A stretch of DNA of 63,653 nt, the filler included, from Folioceros fuciformis (lineage: Eukaryota): the NCBI GenBank assembly GCA_049999805.1. It is 10 parts of 10 records of this genome, joined end to end, with 100 filler letters (N's around TTAATTAATTAA, not from the genome) between each part and the next. Parts side by side here need not be neighbours in the genome. Positions count along the whole stretch, not along the records: positions 43,906 to 48,572 come from JBNGIO010005115.1; positions 48,673 to 54,571 come from JBNGIO010005116.1; positions 54,672 to 59,136 come from JBNGIO010005117.1; positions 59,237 to 62,286 come from JBNGIO010005118.1; 6 more parts are not named here. One strand, 5' to 3'. Made by a program: the position numbers and the translations under genes. Each line of letters starts with the position of its first letter. Position 1 is the first letter of the stretch. Below the pieces are notes generated by a model. It ran no database searches and was not told the DNA's origin. It worked only from the letters and a program-made list of their open reading frames with translations. This document shows positions 46,311 through 59,520 of the stretch, piece after piece.

Positions 46311-47401
46311 ACTACTTTCTCAAATTGAAGCAAGGTGCCATTTTGGGACCCATTCTAGCCCCCCTTACATGTTTAAAGGGTGGATTGCCCTCTTCGCATA
46401 TATTGCCCCCCTTACAACCTTGTGTTGTAACATAAGGCATGTAACAAGTTTTTGTCTTACAGGTTTGTAGTGTGGGGGATAGGTTGCCATACACTTTGGC
46501 TCTTATGCTATGGATCTTAATTAGTGCCTCGGCTAACTGAATGTGCATTTGAAAATGGCTTTGACAATTGTAATGCCTCCTTGCAAGTGGTGGGAGGGGA
46601 TTGGGAGGGGTCATAACTAGGCATATGCAAGTCATCAATGTCTATGGTGTGCAAACTTGCGTTTTTGAGTTCGTGTTTGCAAATTATGGCGTGCCATGCT
46701 ATGTGCTTCTGCGCAAAGGTTTGCCTTGGCGCGTTTGTGAATGATATCCCATTCCACTTCCAACTTTGAGCAATATCGCGGTGGTATCAATGTGCAGGCT
46801 TGTACATCTTTGTGGTTCGGGGAATGGTTGGGAGTCTATCCATCGGGTGCCCTATGCTTTGGATGCATCATTGCATTTAACTTGGAATGAGTTGCCATTT
46901 TTGACAAATATAGATGATGGGGGTTGTCCAATCACTTTAGTCACTCACTACTCTAGTCCTAGCACGTATGGAGGACTTCCCAAGGCAAGCCGTTTCACCA
47001 CAGAGCTAGAAGAAAGCCACTTTTCTTCTTGAAAGTATTTTCCCTTTGTTTAAACATCTGTAAGCGGTTCTAGCTGGATTCTGTCGTTGTTGCTAGCAAA
47101 TGGGGAGGCGAGCCCTTTTTGGATAGTAGAATTCCAAGGGTTTGCTAAAAAGTCAATAGGATGGGGCCGCACGGGTGAAGGTGTGCCCCTCAACAGTAGG
47201 CCTTATTGTTCATGTACTCTGTGACCTTGAATCCACTTCGGTGCCTTGTATATCGACACCCTTGCCATACTTGTCCTTGCTAGTTATCTTTGCTCATGTG
47301 TTGGCTGTTGAGCACCCCCCATGGGGAGCTTGAGGATGCCATGGTCGTAGCCTACTTCACTAAACCATCTAAACCATTTGGCTCCTGTCTGTCACGCTCC
47401 T

Positions 47402-47599
47402 CCCATCGTCCTTCATTCAATCTTGCTAATAGTAGGATTCCCTATAGACTTTATCTTTACACCCCAACCCCATCGTCCTTCATTCAGTCTTGCTAATGGT
47501 AGTATTCCCTATAGACTTTATCTTTACACCCCAACCCCATTGTCCTTCATTCAATCTTGCTAACGGTAGTATTCCTTGTAGGCTTTATCTTTACACCCC
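47402..47599. repeat. 67-bp tandem repeat x3
   Basis: CCCATCGTCCTTCATTCAATCTTGCTAA...TTTATCTTTACACCCC at 47402, 47469 and 47536. Confidence 0.95.
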
Positions 47600-48248
47600 G
47601 AGATGAATGTTGTGTTACCATGACATTGAGCTTGGCAATTCGTTTGACAAATTTGTTGTTTTCAGTGACTAGAGGTTGTGAATTATGTGCTACCTAGTTG
47701 AACTATCTATGAAGTGCCCACAATTAAAGGGCAGATAACTAACATGACAACATTGAAGCACATTTAGTGAGGACGGTAGTTGTAATTGCTCTCTCCAAAC
47801 TACGAGGTTCGAGTGTTGATGAAAGTACACTAGGGGCAAGCTACTTCGTGCTATAATCATCTTCCAAACTATTATGCTTTATAGGTTTTCTAGGGTACAA
47901 CTCCCTAATATGTTGAGTAAGAATTCAAGAGGAATGCACTAAATGGACTATCTCAAATGTAGTGTATTCTAATTTCTATAAAGAAACCTAAAAAATATAT
48001 TTATAAATTATGTATTTAGTGTTTCTTGAAAACAACATGCATTACCAAGAGGCACCAAACATATATTTTTATAGAATCCACACAATTTTATCTAACCAAG
48101 CTTGTATAGTAAAGATATATAATTTTATAAATAATATGAAATAATTTATTTAAAATATGATTCTTTCATAGTGCAATAGATAGTCAGTTGGAACTTGGGA
48201 TGGGAGGAGATATTAAGAAAAGCTGGAAGAGAGTGTCCCAGAGAAGCC

Positions 48249-48572
48249 CTAATAGACAATACGGGACACCACAATGGGCGAGGTGACGTAGTGGCCAGCA
48301 TCATCTGCCCATGTGAGGGAGCCAAATACTGACGACATGGGAAACTCAGACGAGGACAATGGAGCCGTGATGTTGACCACAAACGACAACTCCTGGTTCT
48401 GCTTGGTGAAGGCGAGGGTGGTGGGCGACACCATGACGCTGGTGCCCTCAGGAACCGCCAGCGAGCTCAGCCTGTAGACGGAACGGGGAGGTCCCACGTT
48501 GGTCACACGCCTGGTGATCGACACCTTGCCGGTGGCACCGGGCTTGCCCACCGGGAACATGACGGTGATCGA
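48249..48572 (-). CDS. Subtilisin-like serine protease (plant subtilase), C-terminal Fn3-like domain; 5' part lost in gap
   Basis: ITRRVTNVG...Y...PEGTSVMVSPTTLAF...SFVV...FGSLTW...HYVTSPIVV is the canonical subtilase C-terminus. GC-rich codon usage like the PPO exons. Confidence 0.93.
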   Translation of the reverse strand, partial: SITVMFPVGKPGATGKVSITRRVTNVGPPRSVYRLSSLAVPEGTSVMVSPTTLAFTKQNQELSFVVNITAPLSSSEFPMSSVFGSLTWADDAGHYVTSPIVVSRIVY

Positions 48573-48672
48573 NNNNNNNNNNNNNNNNNNNNNNNNNNNN
48601 NNNNNNNNNNNNNNNNTTAATTAATTAANNNNNNNNNNNNNNNNNNNNNNNNNNNNNNNNNNNNNNNNNNNN

Positions 48673-51600
48673 GGGCAGGTTCCGAGCAGAAAGGCATACA
48701 AGGGCATAGGGGCAAAGAGGGATCAAGAGCACGAGATTTTGCTTGGAGGCGAAGATGTGGACAGCAAACATGCTAGCTACTTCTTGTCAAGATGGCCAGG
48801 GGAGCGTGATCGTCCAAACAGGATGACATCCAACACTGGTGCTAGTGTGAGTAGCTAGTCTGTTGATTTTGGTGGGGATGGTAAGGAGCGGTCTGCCTTT
48901 CAACCGGAAGGTGACCAGGAAGGCCTTGGGGTTGCTTCCAATAGAGTGGAGCAGTGGACGCCTGCCTCCGAACAGGTCAGCTTCTCCTTTGCTCAGGCTT
49001 CGGCTCACTGCCCCACCGGTGAAGCGGCTGGTTTACTGTGGGCTAGAACGTTGGGAGGTGCTCCACACACCTCCTCAGGAAGGGGATTACACACAAAAGG
49101 AAGTCACGTGGAGGTTCTTGAATCTGAGAGCAGCAGTTGGGGAGGCTCGCAACGAGGTGGTGGAGCAGATGGTGGAATTCCAGGATCGAATTGGATCCAG
49201 GCCTCGTGCCTGGCCCTGAAGGTATCCCCTAGACTGCCGGGGGGAGGAACACCTATGGGCGGCGGCAGTACTGAGTTGCCCTGTGTCTTTGGTGAGACGG
49301 AACGTCCCTCGGGAGGTGATCACGGTGGCAAGAGTGCAGAGGAACCACAGGAAGTTCTCCAGCCGGATGCTTTATGGTCCCCATCCCGCCATAAGGCCAT
49401 GACCGGCGCTTGTGAATCTGCTTCAGGGCCGACCAGATTGCAGGACGGGCATGTCTTCTACGTTGGGTGACAAGGAGGTCACCTTGCAGACTTGTGTTTC
49501 TCCTCGCCACAAGGACGTGTCTAGTGTGCTGGTTCACTGCCTATAAGGACGGCAAAGGAAGCATGCTGGCGTAGATGGGATGAGCTCAAAGGCTGGAGGA
49601 GGGGATTCGGGCCACCGCTTCTATGGTGGGGAGACTGACTCGCTGTTGGCTAGAGTGCCTAGAGGCACTGCTCACTCCCCTTTAGGGAAGGGAAAACACG
49701 AGGAGGGAATCAACGGGGAGGTGTGTCTGGTGGCAACAGGCGGTGTGAATCACAATGGGTTAAACTGCTGGAAGGGGAGGAGCAGCTCTCGAATTGTCCC
49801 CTATCCCCACTAGTGAAGCAAAAGGGACCCCATAGGCCTGCGGAGGGGGGAACTAGCTCGAGCGGTGGGAGTGCGGTGCTGCTCTGTGGTCACGGAGAGC
49901 CTAAACGATGCTTGGGTGCGCAAGGCGGCATGGATCAGCAGGATCATGTGAAGATCCTCCCCTCCGACTCGGTAGAGACAGACCCAGGCAATTGCCAGCA
50001 ACGTGGGGCTCTTCTCGCTTATAAACAATTGCCAGGTGCAGGAGCCAAGGAGGTGGAAGCCTTGGAGAGATCTAGCCATGTCCCGAACGGGAAGCACTGC
50101 AAGGGTGCTGGGACGAGGTGGGACAAGGAGCACGTTGATTCCTTGCTGCGCACGATGCAGGACAAAGCCCTCTCCGGTGTTTACAACCCTATGGCCAATG
50201 TTCTTCTTGGACGTGAGGAGGCGACTACAAAAATTGTTGGCTGCTTACAAGGATGGCTAGGGGATCATGAACATCCGGATAGGACGACTTCATAAGTTGT
50301 AGATGGAATCAGCCGCTGGTTTGTATTTTCTGGCAAGGAAGGTAAGGAGCGGCCCTCCCTGCATCTGGAGGGTGTGCAGGAGCGTCTCGTGTTTGCTCCT
50401 TATGGGGTGGAGCGTTGGGAGCCTGCCTCCCAACAGGAATCTCCCACTTTTGCCCAGGATTCGGCCCACCGCCTCACTGAGGGAACGCCGGAGGTAATGT
50501 TGGATGGAACGACTGGAGGTGCCCCACACACCTCCTTAGGGAGGGGACTCCACAAGGAAGGAAGCCACGATGAGATCCCTGACCCTGAGGACAGCAGAAG
50601 GCACGGTGGTGTAGAGCCAACATTGGGTCGACACCAAAGCCCGCTCATGGAGCTGGAAGGTTTCCACAAGCCTGCTGATGATGCTATGCTTCCAGAAGGC
50701 AGATTTACCGGGCGAACCAGAGGGTTTGGTGAAGCTAGGCATAAGCTCAAGGAGGATTCTAAGACTGAAGGCGGTCCGCACTCCTTGGTTGCCCATGCAA
50801 ATTCGGGAGGCCAACCCGATTATGCTCCAGGCGGAACTGACAGCGAGGTTGACAAGTCCTGCACCGATTCCAAATCGGTGGCAGTGCATGGGAGCATGGA
50901 AAGTGTTGGTGCAAGTTTCTTCACCAAGTTTCACACACCAAATCTCTGGGAGTCAGCGTCTGGGACCAATTCGATGGGTAGCAAGGATGAGAGCATAAAG
51001 GAAATTGACCAACTGCCTAGGTGAGGGTGCTGTCAATCTCACCTGGCTGGAGAGCAGCAATTGGATAGACCGGCCGGGGATCTATTGGATCTTTTAGATC
51101 CTAGTAGGCTGGAGGAGGCTAGCAAGACACAAGGGACAACTCTATGCCGCAGTGGGGGGTCACAACTGGATGCCGGAGATTATGATGCCCAAGCAATTGC
51201 TTGGGGTATGGAAGAAGCTACCTTGTCTTCGAAGGGTCGACGTGTGCAGGGCGATGCTCGGGATCCAGCCTCGGCAGTCGGGCAGAGTGAAATTATGCAA
51301 GATCCTGGCTTGACATCTCTACATCAAACCTACAGGCTGGATGTGAGTAAGGTTGAAACTCGCAACAAGAACGCACTGGTTCCAAAAGGGTTGGGCTCTG
51401 ATTTGCAGGACCTTGGGAAGGAAGGAATTCGGCCCGAAAGATGGAGAGATTATGATGCAGGTTGTAGGTATATCTAAGGCTGCGGTGGACCACTCATAGG
51501 GTGTCCACGGGGTGTTTGGGGAGGAAGGGATGGTGCAAGAACATGCTAGGAGAACTCACACTATTAGTAGCCCTAGTCATCTGATCACTAGTGTTGGGCT

Positions 51601-53660
51601 CGCTGTGAACTGTGCTCCTGTGGGGGAAAGGCAGCTCCTAGAAGCGGATAAGGCACATGTTACTCAGGGAAGACAGCCCCCAGACGTGGTTAAGGAACAA
51701 GATTCCCAGACTCGGGCTAAGTCCTTGGTACCCCCCCCCCCAAGAGGACAAGGTCTTAAGGGAGGTATGTGATCCACCCAGCGGTGGTGTAAGTCAAGTG
51801 GGCAGAGTGGGCTGTAGGAGGCTTGGACGGATGGCTACCACTCAACATGAGGTTCATATAGAAAGTGTTGGCGAAATGGAAGTGAGCGGGTTTCTTCAAC
51901 TGCAAGCTAATCTGAATGCCGAGATTCCTAAGGAGGCAAGTGCCGATGCTAGTTACGGTCAGAGGACTTTGGTTCTGGTCCCCAGTGAGCGCTGTGGTTC
52001 CAACCCTCCTCTGGATAACTCTTGCTATCTTGAGTCTAAACTCTGTAAGGGGCACACTAGCCCTCCGCATGGGAGGGAGCTCGGGGTTGAAGGCTTTCAG
52101 GCGCCCAAGCCTAGGGCCTCTCTCGGTAGGGGCAAAGGGAAACGCTCCCATTTATCTGAGAACCTCCCAGGTGTAACTATGCGACAAGACCAAATTGCTT
52201 TGGCTGTGGCGCGGAAGGCCCTTAACAAAGCAATGTAGCGATGGGTTCAGGCAGCTGCCTCGCCCGAAGGAAAAAAGATCAGAGTGGGTAAGGGGGTGGC
52301 ACTAGCAGGGCATGAAGAGGCAAGAGTGGACGTTGCGGGACAAGGCCTAGGTAATCTCGGGGGGACAACCCCCCCCCCCGGTGCGACCTATCATGGGGGC
52401 CTGGAGTTGGACAAGGATTACACCAAGGATGGGGGTGGCGAGAGTAATGACCTTGAGGCCCTTGATAACATTTGTCTCAGTCCACCCAAGAGACACATAG
52501 CATCCCCCTATTATCATGAGGAGTTCTTCTCTACACCCTGCGCAGATGAGGAAGTTGAGCCAATCTAGCATGAAGTGCCGGTAGGATTTTCTGATGAAGA
52601 AGGGACAGCCACAGCCTTTAAGTCAGATGACAGTACATGTGGCCAGCCAGGTGACTTAGTGGGGAGGGGTTTCGGCTCCAGAAAGCCTGAAACTTCCCTC
52701 CCCACCAAAAATGAAGTAACCAGGATCCCGGCCTGTGAGGCAATTCCGAAGTCTATTTGTGTGACAGTGGTTAGGAAGATGAATGGAGTGAATCAATTTC
52801 TAGCCATGGCTGTTCCAATAGGAGAAGTGGTGCCGGTGTCCATTGTTGCAAAGCCATCACGCACACTAAAGGAAAAGATCTTCCATATGCTGGCAGCAGG
52901 AGGAGTCTTGGCGAGCAAAGAGGGAAAGAATGTTGAGTACTTTAGTGGTGTGTACATAGCTGATGGACAGCAATTCGTGGACATCCAACTCAAGGAGGCT
53001 ACTATTCTGGCACTTCCCTTATAGGCGGAGTGGTGGTGGTGCTTTTCAGTCCCGTGGGGGAATGGCTACGATGGGGAGTTGTAGGATCAAGATGGATGGG
53101 GAACCGGCTAGGTTATGGAACAGGAGGACACGACTGTTTTTTGCTGAGCGGAAATCAAAGCGTCTATAGAAGAAGAGGCAAGAGCACAAGTCTAGCGATC
53201 CTCAGGAAGCATTGGTGGGCAGGGGTAGCACTCAGTCGCTGAAGCCCAATGCAGTTCGGAAATGTTTGAGCAAGCAGACCAACATTGATGGGAATTGACA
53301 GGCTGAGGAATTACGAGCGGGGGACGCACTTACGGGTTATTTCTTGGAATGTACGTGGTTGGGGAGGTTGGTCGAAAGTTGCTTCAAAGTGTCGCAGGCT
53401 GCAGCATCTCTTACAAGAAGACATCACTTGGGATGTGGCGTGCATTCAGGAGCACAAACTTTCAGCTGACCACATACAGCGCATCAAGAAAATTTCCTTG
53501 CCAGGGAGTACGGTGTGGGTTCGGGCACGATCTGCAGAAGAAGGAACTAGTTCTTACCCTGGTGACTGTGATTCAGCCACGAGGGGGGGGGTTGCCATTA
53601 CGATCCTTCTGGAACAAGCACAAAATGTGCTGGAGACAGGGCAAGACGAAATGGGTGACG
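48673..53660 (+). mobile_element. Degenerate L1-like LINE: long G-rich ORF1-like region and start of ORF2
   Basis: Chain of broken plus-strand ORFs leading into an APE endonuclease N-terminus. The ORF1 assignment is by position only. Confidence 0.55.
53285..53660 (+). pseudogene. LINE ORF2 apurinic-type endonuclease N-terminus (truncated)
   Basis: Motifs LRVISWNVRG, WDVACIQEHKL and RGGVAITI. Confidence 0.88.
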
Positions 53661-53661
53661 C

Positions 53662-53870
53662 GATTAGCACAACCGTACACACAATACAAAGTTGCATTAA
53701 AAGAAGACCACACACACAATAGTTCTTGGTAGGTTTTTGTGCGCGCACGGTGACTCGACAGCTATTCGTGAAAAACAACTTCTAACCCTAACTACTTACA
53801 TTTAAGCTAGGTATATAATTTAACCCTATATAAAGAGGGCCGAATAAACATATCCAACACCCCCACTTGA
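53662..53870 (-). mobile_element. Short 3' LTR and PPT of an LTR element that truncates the LINE
   Basis: Minus strand TCAAGTGGGGG (53870-53860) is followed by TGTTGG at 53859, with TATA-like motifs inside. The left end is approximate. Confidence 0.7.
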
Positions 53871-55242
53871 GGTCCGACTTATACAGTTCCTAATCCTAAT
53901 GACACTCCTACGCTCCACACTCCTCCTGATGCGGCGGCAGCTGGAATTCCTTATTGCAGCACTCTCTTAGGTTATCACCATACTTGATACTGTCACTGCA
54001 AAACTTGGAGCTGCCCATGACGCGCTTGCTGAAGATGATCACCCGCCGCCACGCTTAAACCCAGCTGCCAGGCTTTCCAGTACAATCTAGGCAGAGGCCA
54101 CCTTCTCTTTCTCTACCTCGCAGCTCTTAAGCCTGCATCAGTGGTGGCAGCTCCCAATTGGCACTAAAAACGGCTGCACACTTGTCTGCTGCGGCGCCAA
54201 CTGGGCTTCGCCCTCCTTCATCTGCAGAAAAACAGGCCTTTATCTGCTGCGAGTAAGGATCGATGCCGAGTCCTCACCTAACACTAGCTGGAACTTCTAC
54301 ACAGCTGATAGTCTGGAGGTGGATGAGGCGTAGACGAGATGTTTGATGCTACTTCTCATAGGCGGCTATGCCCAGCCTAATTGCATGTTTATTATGCAGC
54401 TCTCTAGGCAGGGCTTTGGTCAGTAGGTCTGCAGGGTTCTTAGCTGTAGGAATATAGCTAACTGCCATCTGACCATTGCTCACCACTTTCTGATAAAATG
54501 GTGATGTATTTCCATATGCTTCACTCTGGAGTGGAACACTGGGTTTCTTGTGAGCGCTATGGCGCCTTGGTNNNNNNNNNNNNNNNNNNNNNNNNNNNNN
54601 NNNNNNNNNNNNNNNTTAATTAATTAANNNNNNNNNNNNNNNNNNNNNNNNNNNNNNNNNNNNNNNNNNNNCTGTTCTGCTTCATATGGTCTGCGGCATG
54701 CATCCGTTCTCCGGGCTTGCTTTCACCCAATGCCTTGTCGACGGCCCCTAAAACTTGCAGCCAAGAAGGCTGTTTGAACGATCCCTGCCACCCAGACGTG
54801 GGGTGCCATCAGAGCAACCATGAGCTGCAGCGAAACAGCTCCGGAACCTGCCGGACGCAAGTATAGGCAGGCGATGTCTGCGGGAGCTATATGGTAATAC
54901 TTCCTTCCCTGGTCCTTGGTTATGCAAAACTGTGCAAGCTGGGCATCTGCCTCTTGCTCTTTTTCCGTGCAATAGGAGCTGTATTCGAAGAATTGACCCT
55001 GCGGATACGTCACTGACAGGCAGCATCAGAAGTCTTCAACCTTTTGCAACACCGAGCAAAGGGTTCGCTATGGAATGGCAGAAAAGCAGTTAGAGGTCAG
55101 CAAACGGCAGCTTCAGGAGTTTCCCAAGGAGCAATTGGTTTGAGGCAAGTGCATTCCTGGATGTGCATCTTCCTGTGTGCTCAGTTACTGACCAGGGCCC
55201 CACCTTCTGCATGCAATGTTGCAGATTGGGACGGGATGACAG

Positions 55243-56045
55243 TTGTGGAGTTGGAAAGACCAGGATTGGCTGCAGCTCGAACATGAAATCCAGGCTGTGG
55301 AAGCTTTGCAACAGCAAGGCATTCGTCTTTCGACAAACATCCTGTACAGTCTCCTGCAAAGGTGCATTGAAAAGAAAGATTTGGATGTGAGCAGACGAGT
55401 TCACTCCGTTATCATCAGAAGTGAACGTCAGTCCCGCAGTGGAGACTGGCCTTGACACAGATGTGTATGTGGGCAACACTCTGACTGACATGTATGGAAA
55501 ATGTGGGAGTTTGGAAGATGCAAGAACCTTGTTCCAAGGACTGGCAAAGAAGGATCTGGTGTCTTGGAATGCGATGATGGGTGGATATGCCCAGTACCGA
55601 GATGGTGAGATGGCCCTTCAGCTCTTCTATCAAAATGCGGAGGGAGGGCGGACATCCCAACAAGGTCACATACGTCTGTTTACTGTCTGCCTACAGTCAC
55701 AGTAGCCTGTTAGAGGAAGGAACCCGCCTCTTCCAGGCCATGTATGAGCAATGCGGTGTGGCTGCTGGCATGGACCACTATTTATGCATGACTGACATGT
55801 TAGGCCCGTCAGGTCGCCTAGACGAAGCTCACCACTTCATCACCAGTCTGCCTGTGGAGGCGGACAGCAGTCTGTGGATGTCTTTGCTGGGAGCGAGCCG
55901 GATCCACAGAAACGTGGATATACGAAAATTCTCATAGAGGCCATCTTAAAGCTAGACCCAACCATCGCTGCATCATATGTCATCATGGGAGACAACCATG
56001 GTGCTGCTGGCAGGCTGGACGACAAGGCAAGCATAAGGAAGATGA
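55243..56045 (+). pseudogene. PLS-class pentatricopeptide repeat gene with E domain, frameshifted and internally deleted
   Basis: Motifs LYSLLQRC...RVH, DVYVGNTLTDMYGKCGSLEDARTLF, DLVSWNAMMGGYAQ, PNKVTYVCLLSAYSH, HYLCMTDMLG, WMSLLGASRIH and LDPTIAASYVIM, spread over three frames. Confidence 0.9.
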
Positions 56046-59000
56046 GTTTTGCAGTGGGATTGTTTTTTGGCATTCAGGTCATGCCATTGCAGCAACTCCT
56101 CCTTGAGTGTAGCCAAGAGACTGCCGTGAGCCGCACCGTTTGGACAGAGAATGTTTGAAGCTTCTCATGCATCATAGTTTGATCAAGTCTTACCATGACC
56201 CCATGAACTCCTGGCACACTGAAAAGTTCCGCATCACTTCCAGAATCACCACGTACGAGGGGATTGTAATCAGTGGGCCCTGGCTTACCTGCGAACAAGG
56301 TAAGCCAGGGCCTCTCCTTTCACCGCTGCTGCTGCCAACACTTCCAGATTAAGGGTTTAGCCCTTATCAATTGTGGACGATTAGGGCTAAACCCTAATCG
56401 TAGACGATTTTAGCTTCCAGCTGTTCACAATCGCACATGCTGCAAGGTTAGAAGCCAACCTCCGCTAAGCACAGATGGAAGGCAGCAAAGGCCCGTACGG
56501 AGCCTCGTTTTGGTTGTGCTCAACCCACTGTCTCTCAATGTCTCTGACGAACACGCCACAACTTCTTCCGCATCTGCCTTCCGCCAACTAGAGGTATCTT
56601 AGTTAGGTCCTTGTTTTCTGTCTGCCTGCAAGGCACAAGCATACTTCGGTCATGACGAAAGATGGTCTGGATTCGGAACCTGGATAAGAATCTTTAAGAG
56701 GACTTCAAGATCCACGCCTCCATAACAATCAAAGCCACTAAGCAACACACCTGAATGCTCAGCTGGGAGTACTTTTCCGCCGCTTCCACCACAACACTCC
56801 CAGCCCGCCGTCCAGAGAGCGCCTCCTCGTAAGCATGACTCAGGAGTCGTGGCCTCCCCGTCCATGATTTCAGTCCCAACCAGCCTTCACAATGTGTGGT
56901 GTAGCCAAGGGCTTGGCACTCCTGAGGTGAGGTCCTCGCACAACATCGGAGACCTTCCGATGGAAAACACCAGCGCTAGCGCGGAGTCAGGATTGGACTC
57001 CGTTTGCTAGGGCGCAGGGATTGAACATAAGTACACAGGTCTGATCCTCATCATGTTGATCTCCTGCAACAGCAATTTAAGCGTTCCACGCCTAGCACTC
57101 TTGATGCCAGACTCCACAATAAAATCACACATCCAAGCCCAAAGCCGCATGGTGTGATCAAGCTCCCGGACGATCATAAGTCGTGGAATTGAGCTTAGCG
57201 GCGGCATTCTGCAGCCGTCCCAGAAAGAAATCGATTTTCACGACCGTGCTTGGCAGCAGCTGCCGGCAGGAACAGAACAGGAAACTAGAGGAAAACTCCG
57301 CCGTGCTCGCGCAAAGCACTACTGCTGAGCTCAGTCGATTCCAGAGGTTTCACAGGTGACGCCCTACTTTCTTACAGGCAAATGAAACCATCTCCACCAC
57401 AAACAAACACGAATTATGTTAGCAGTGAGCATTTGTTGGACAGGCCACGACGGGAGTCTAAACTCAACATCTGCCTGTCCCCCACTCGCCGATGCTTAGG
57501 AATGCTCTAATAGGGGTAGGCTCAGAGAGTGCATATTATTTCCACCTTTATTTACTTGTCCCGGGAGCAAAGTGTAGGCAAATCCTGGGATGAGTGGTAG
57601 TCGATTGTGTGCTGCTTCCTCGTACACTGTACAGCAGTTGCTGTTCTTGTGGCAGGACGAGAGCAAAGCGATGCAGGGCACAAATTTTGTGGTGCATGCT
57701 CGAGAATCGGAACCTGCAGGGTGCCCTGTCTCTGTAACGATGCTTGCCGATGATGCTTGCAGAGTAGAATCCTGAACACATCCACATGAGTTCCTTGTTT
57801 CATTGAGTCGTGAATGAGAAACCTGTCTGATGAACCATGTTGCTTCTTCATGTTTCTATCTGCACTGCGCTTCACGCAGAGCAGGAAGGTTGGCAAAGCT
57901 GCTGAGATGAGGTGCATAGGTAGGCATTGACATAATTTGTCACGATGGTTTAGGCCACCATGTTGTCACGAGTTTCAAGGCGTCCTCCGTCCACGGCTCC
58001 TCCAGGCTGTCGTCCTGTGTCTAGAGCTCTTGCAATCAGTGGCAAACGTAGGGTGTCATGTCAGTCACCTCGGTTCCACTCGTTGAATAGGATAAGCGGA
58101 CGAGGACGGTGAAAGAGGCGTGGTCTTTTCCCAAGGCACAGATCTTGACTGACGTCTTTGTATAATATTATGCATTGTTCTGGTGCAAGGAAGGTGGTGC
58201 CAGCAATAGCTGCCATAACCATTTGTTTTCTACATGTAGATTCATGGAACCTGCAATGCATTGTATATGATTGTGAGATTCCTGTTCCTGTACATTTGTC
58301 GTATGCGAGAGGAGAAGGTAATTCCGAAGTCGTGGTGCAGTGGATGGAGGCCACCATGTGAAATAGCACTTACTGGTCACCACATTATGGGCGAGGGATG
58401 AAGTTGCTGGGGTCTCAGGGCATGTGGTGCAGGCGCAGGAAAGCGTTTTGCAGACGTCATCATTTGGTAGCCATGTCATTCATACGCACTGTGCTAAGGT
58501 GAGTGCATGACTGTGAATTCACCGACGATCTCGAGTTGGAACAGAGGACGCTCTCGAGTTGGAACAGAGTTGTGCAAGCGTTAATAGCCTGAAGCTGGTG
58601 AGGTGATGGTAAGTTGTGATGGAGGAAGGTGGTGGGATGGTGTAGCTCTCCCTCTCCGCACCCCGCTCACTTGTCGACCACGGGTGGAGAAAGTCAGAAA
58701 ATTGTTTTCTATGGTGGGCGTTTTCGATGTGCTGTCAGGTGCACAGGCGCCGTACCGGCGGATGGGTCCAGGAAGTTGATGAAAAGATGCCAAGATGCGT
58801 GGCAGGGCCTGGGGAGGGGAGGGGAGAGGGCGAGAGTGCTGGGAAGGTCGGAGGAAGAGAGGTCGGAAGCTTCTGAATCGTGTTGTAGGTTGCCTGCAAA
58901 TTGGAACACACTGAGTGAGACAGAGTTTCTCTCTACGTTGCTATCCGGCATTCGGGACCGATGGGCGCAGGGCCGATGGAGGTTGTGGGTGGATTCGAGT

Positions 59001-59501
59001 GAGTTTTGTGATGCGTTGGAGCCCAGGTACTCCGGCAACCGGCTTAGTAGCTAGGGGCAATGGCATTTGTTGCGAGAGGCTAGGTAGAGAGTGTGATAGA
59101 GGGCGTCGTGGTTTGTGGAGGTGTGCGATTGCTGGCNNNNNNNNNNNNNNNNNNNNNNNNNNNNNNNNNNNNNNNNNNNNTTAATTAATTAANNNNNNNN
59201 NNNNNNNNNNNNNNNNNNNNNNNNNNNNNNNNNNNNCGCCTCTAAGAATTACGACGAGGCATTTTTGCCTTTAAAACACTCTCCACTCATTTAGAAATTA
59301 TGCAGCGGATTTTTATAAAGCATGCTACTCATAGGAAAAACTACAAAGGACATAATTGTAAGATTATGTTCCCTAGTATTGTAAATTCCCTATATCAATT
59401 TTGCTTTGCTTAGGTAGTAAAAGGGAATTGTGCACAATTCCGATTTTACCATCTAGGTGATAGCATAAGCATGTTAGCATATATCCAAGGATCTAAAAAT
59501 T

Positions 59502-59520
59502 GTTCTGATACCATGTAAAC
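59502..59520 (-). promoter_or_regulatory. tRNA-Met PBS adjoining an LTR end (orphan LTR remnant from 59514 rightwards)
   Basis: Minus strand reads ...GTTTACA TGGTATCAGAAC. Confidence 0.65.

Noticed and set aside
54723-55026. Possible DYW deaminase domain near the PPR
   Set aside because: Wrong strand and side, and no HSE or CxxCH motifs.
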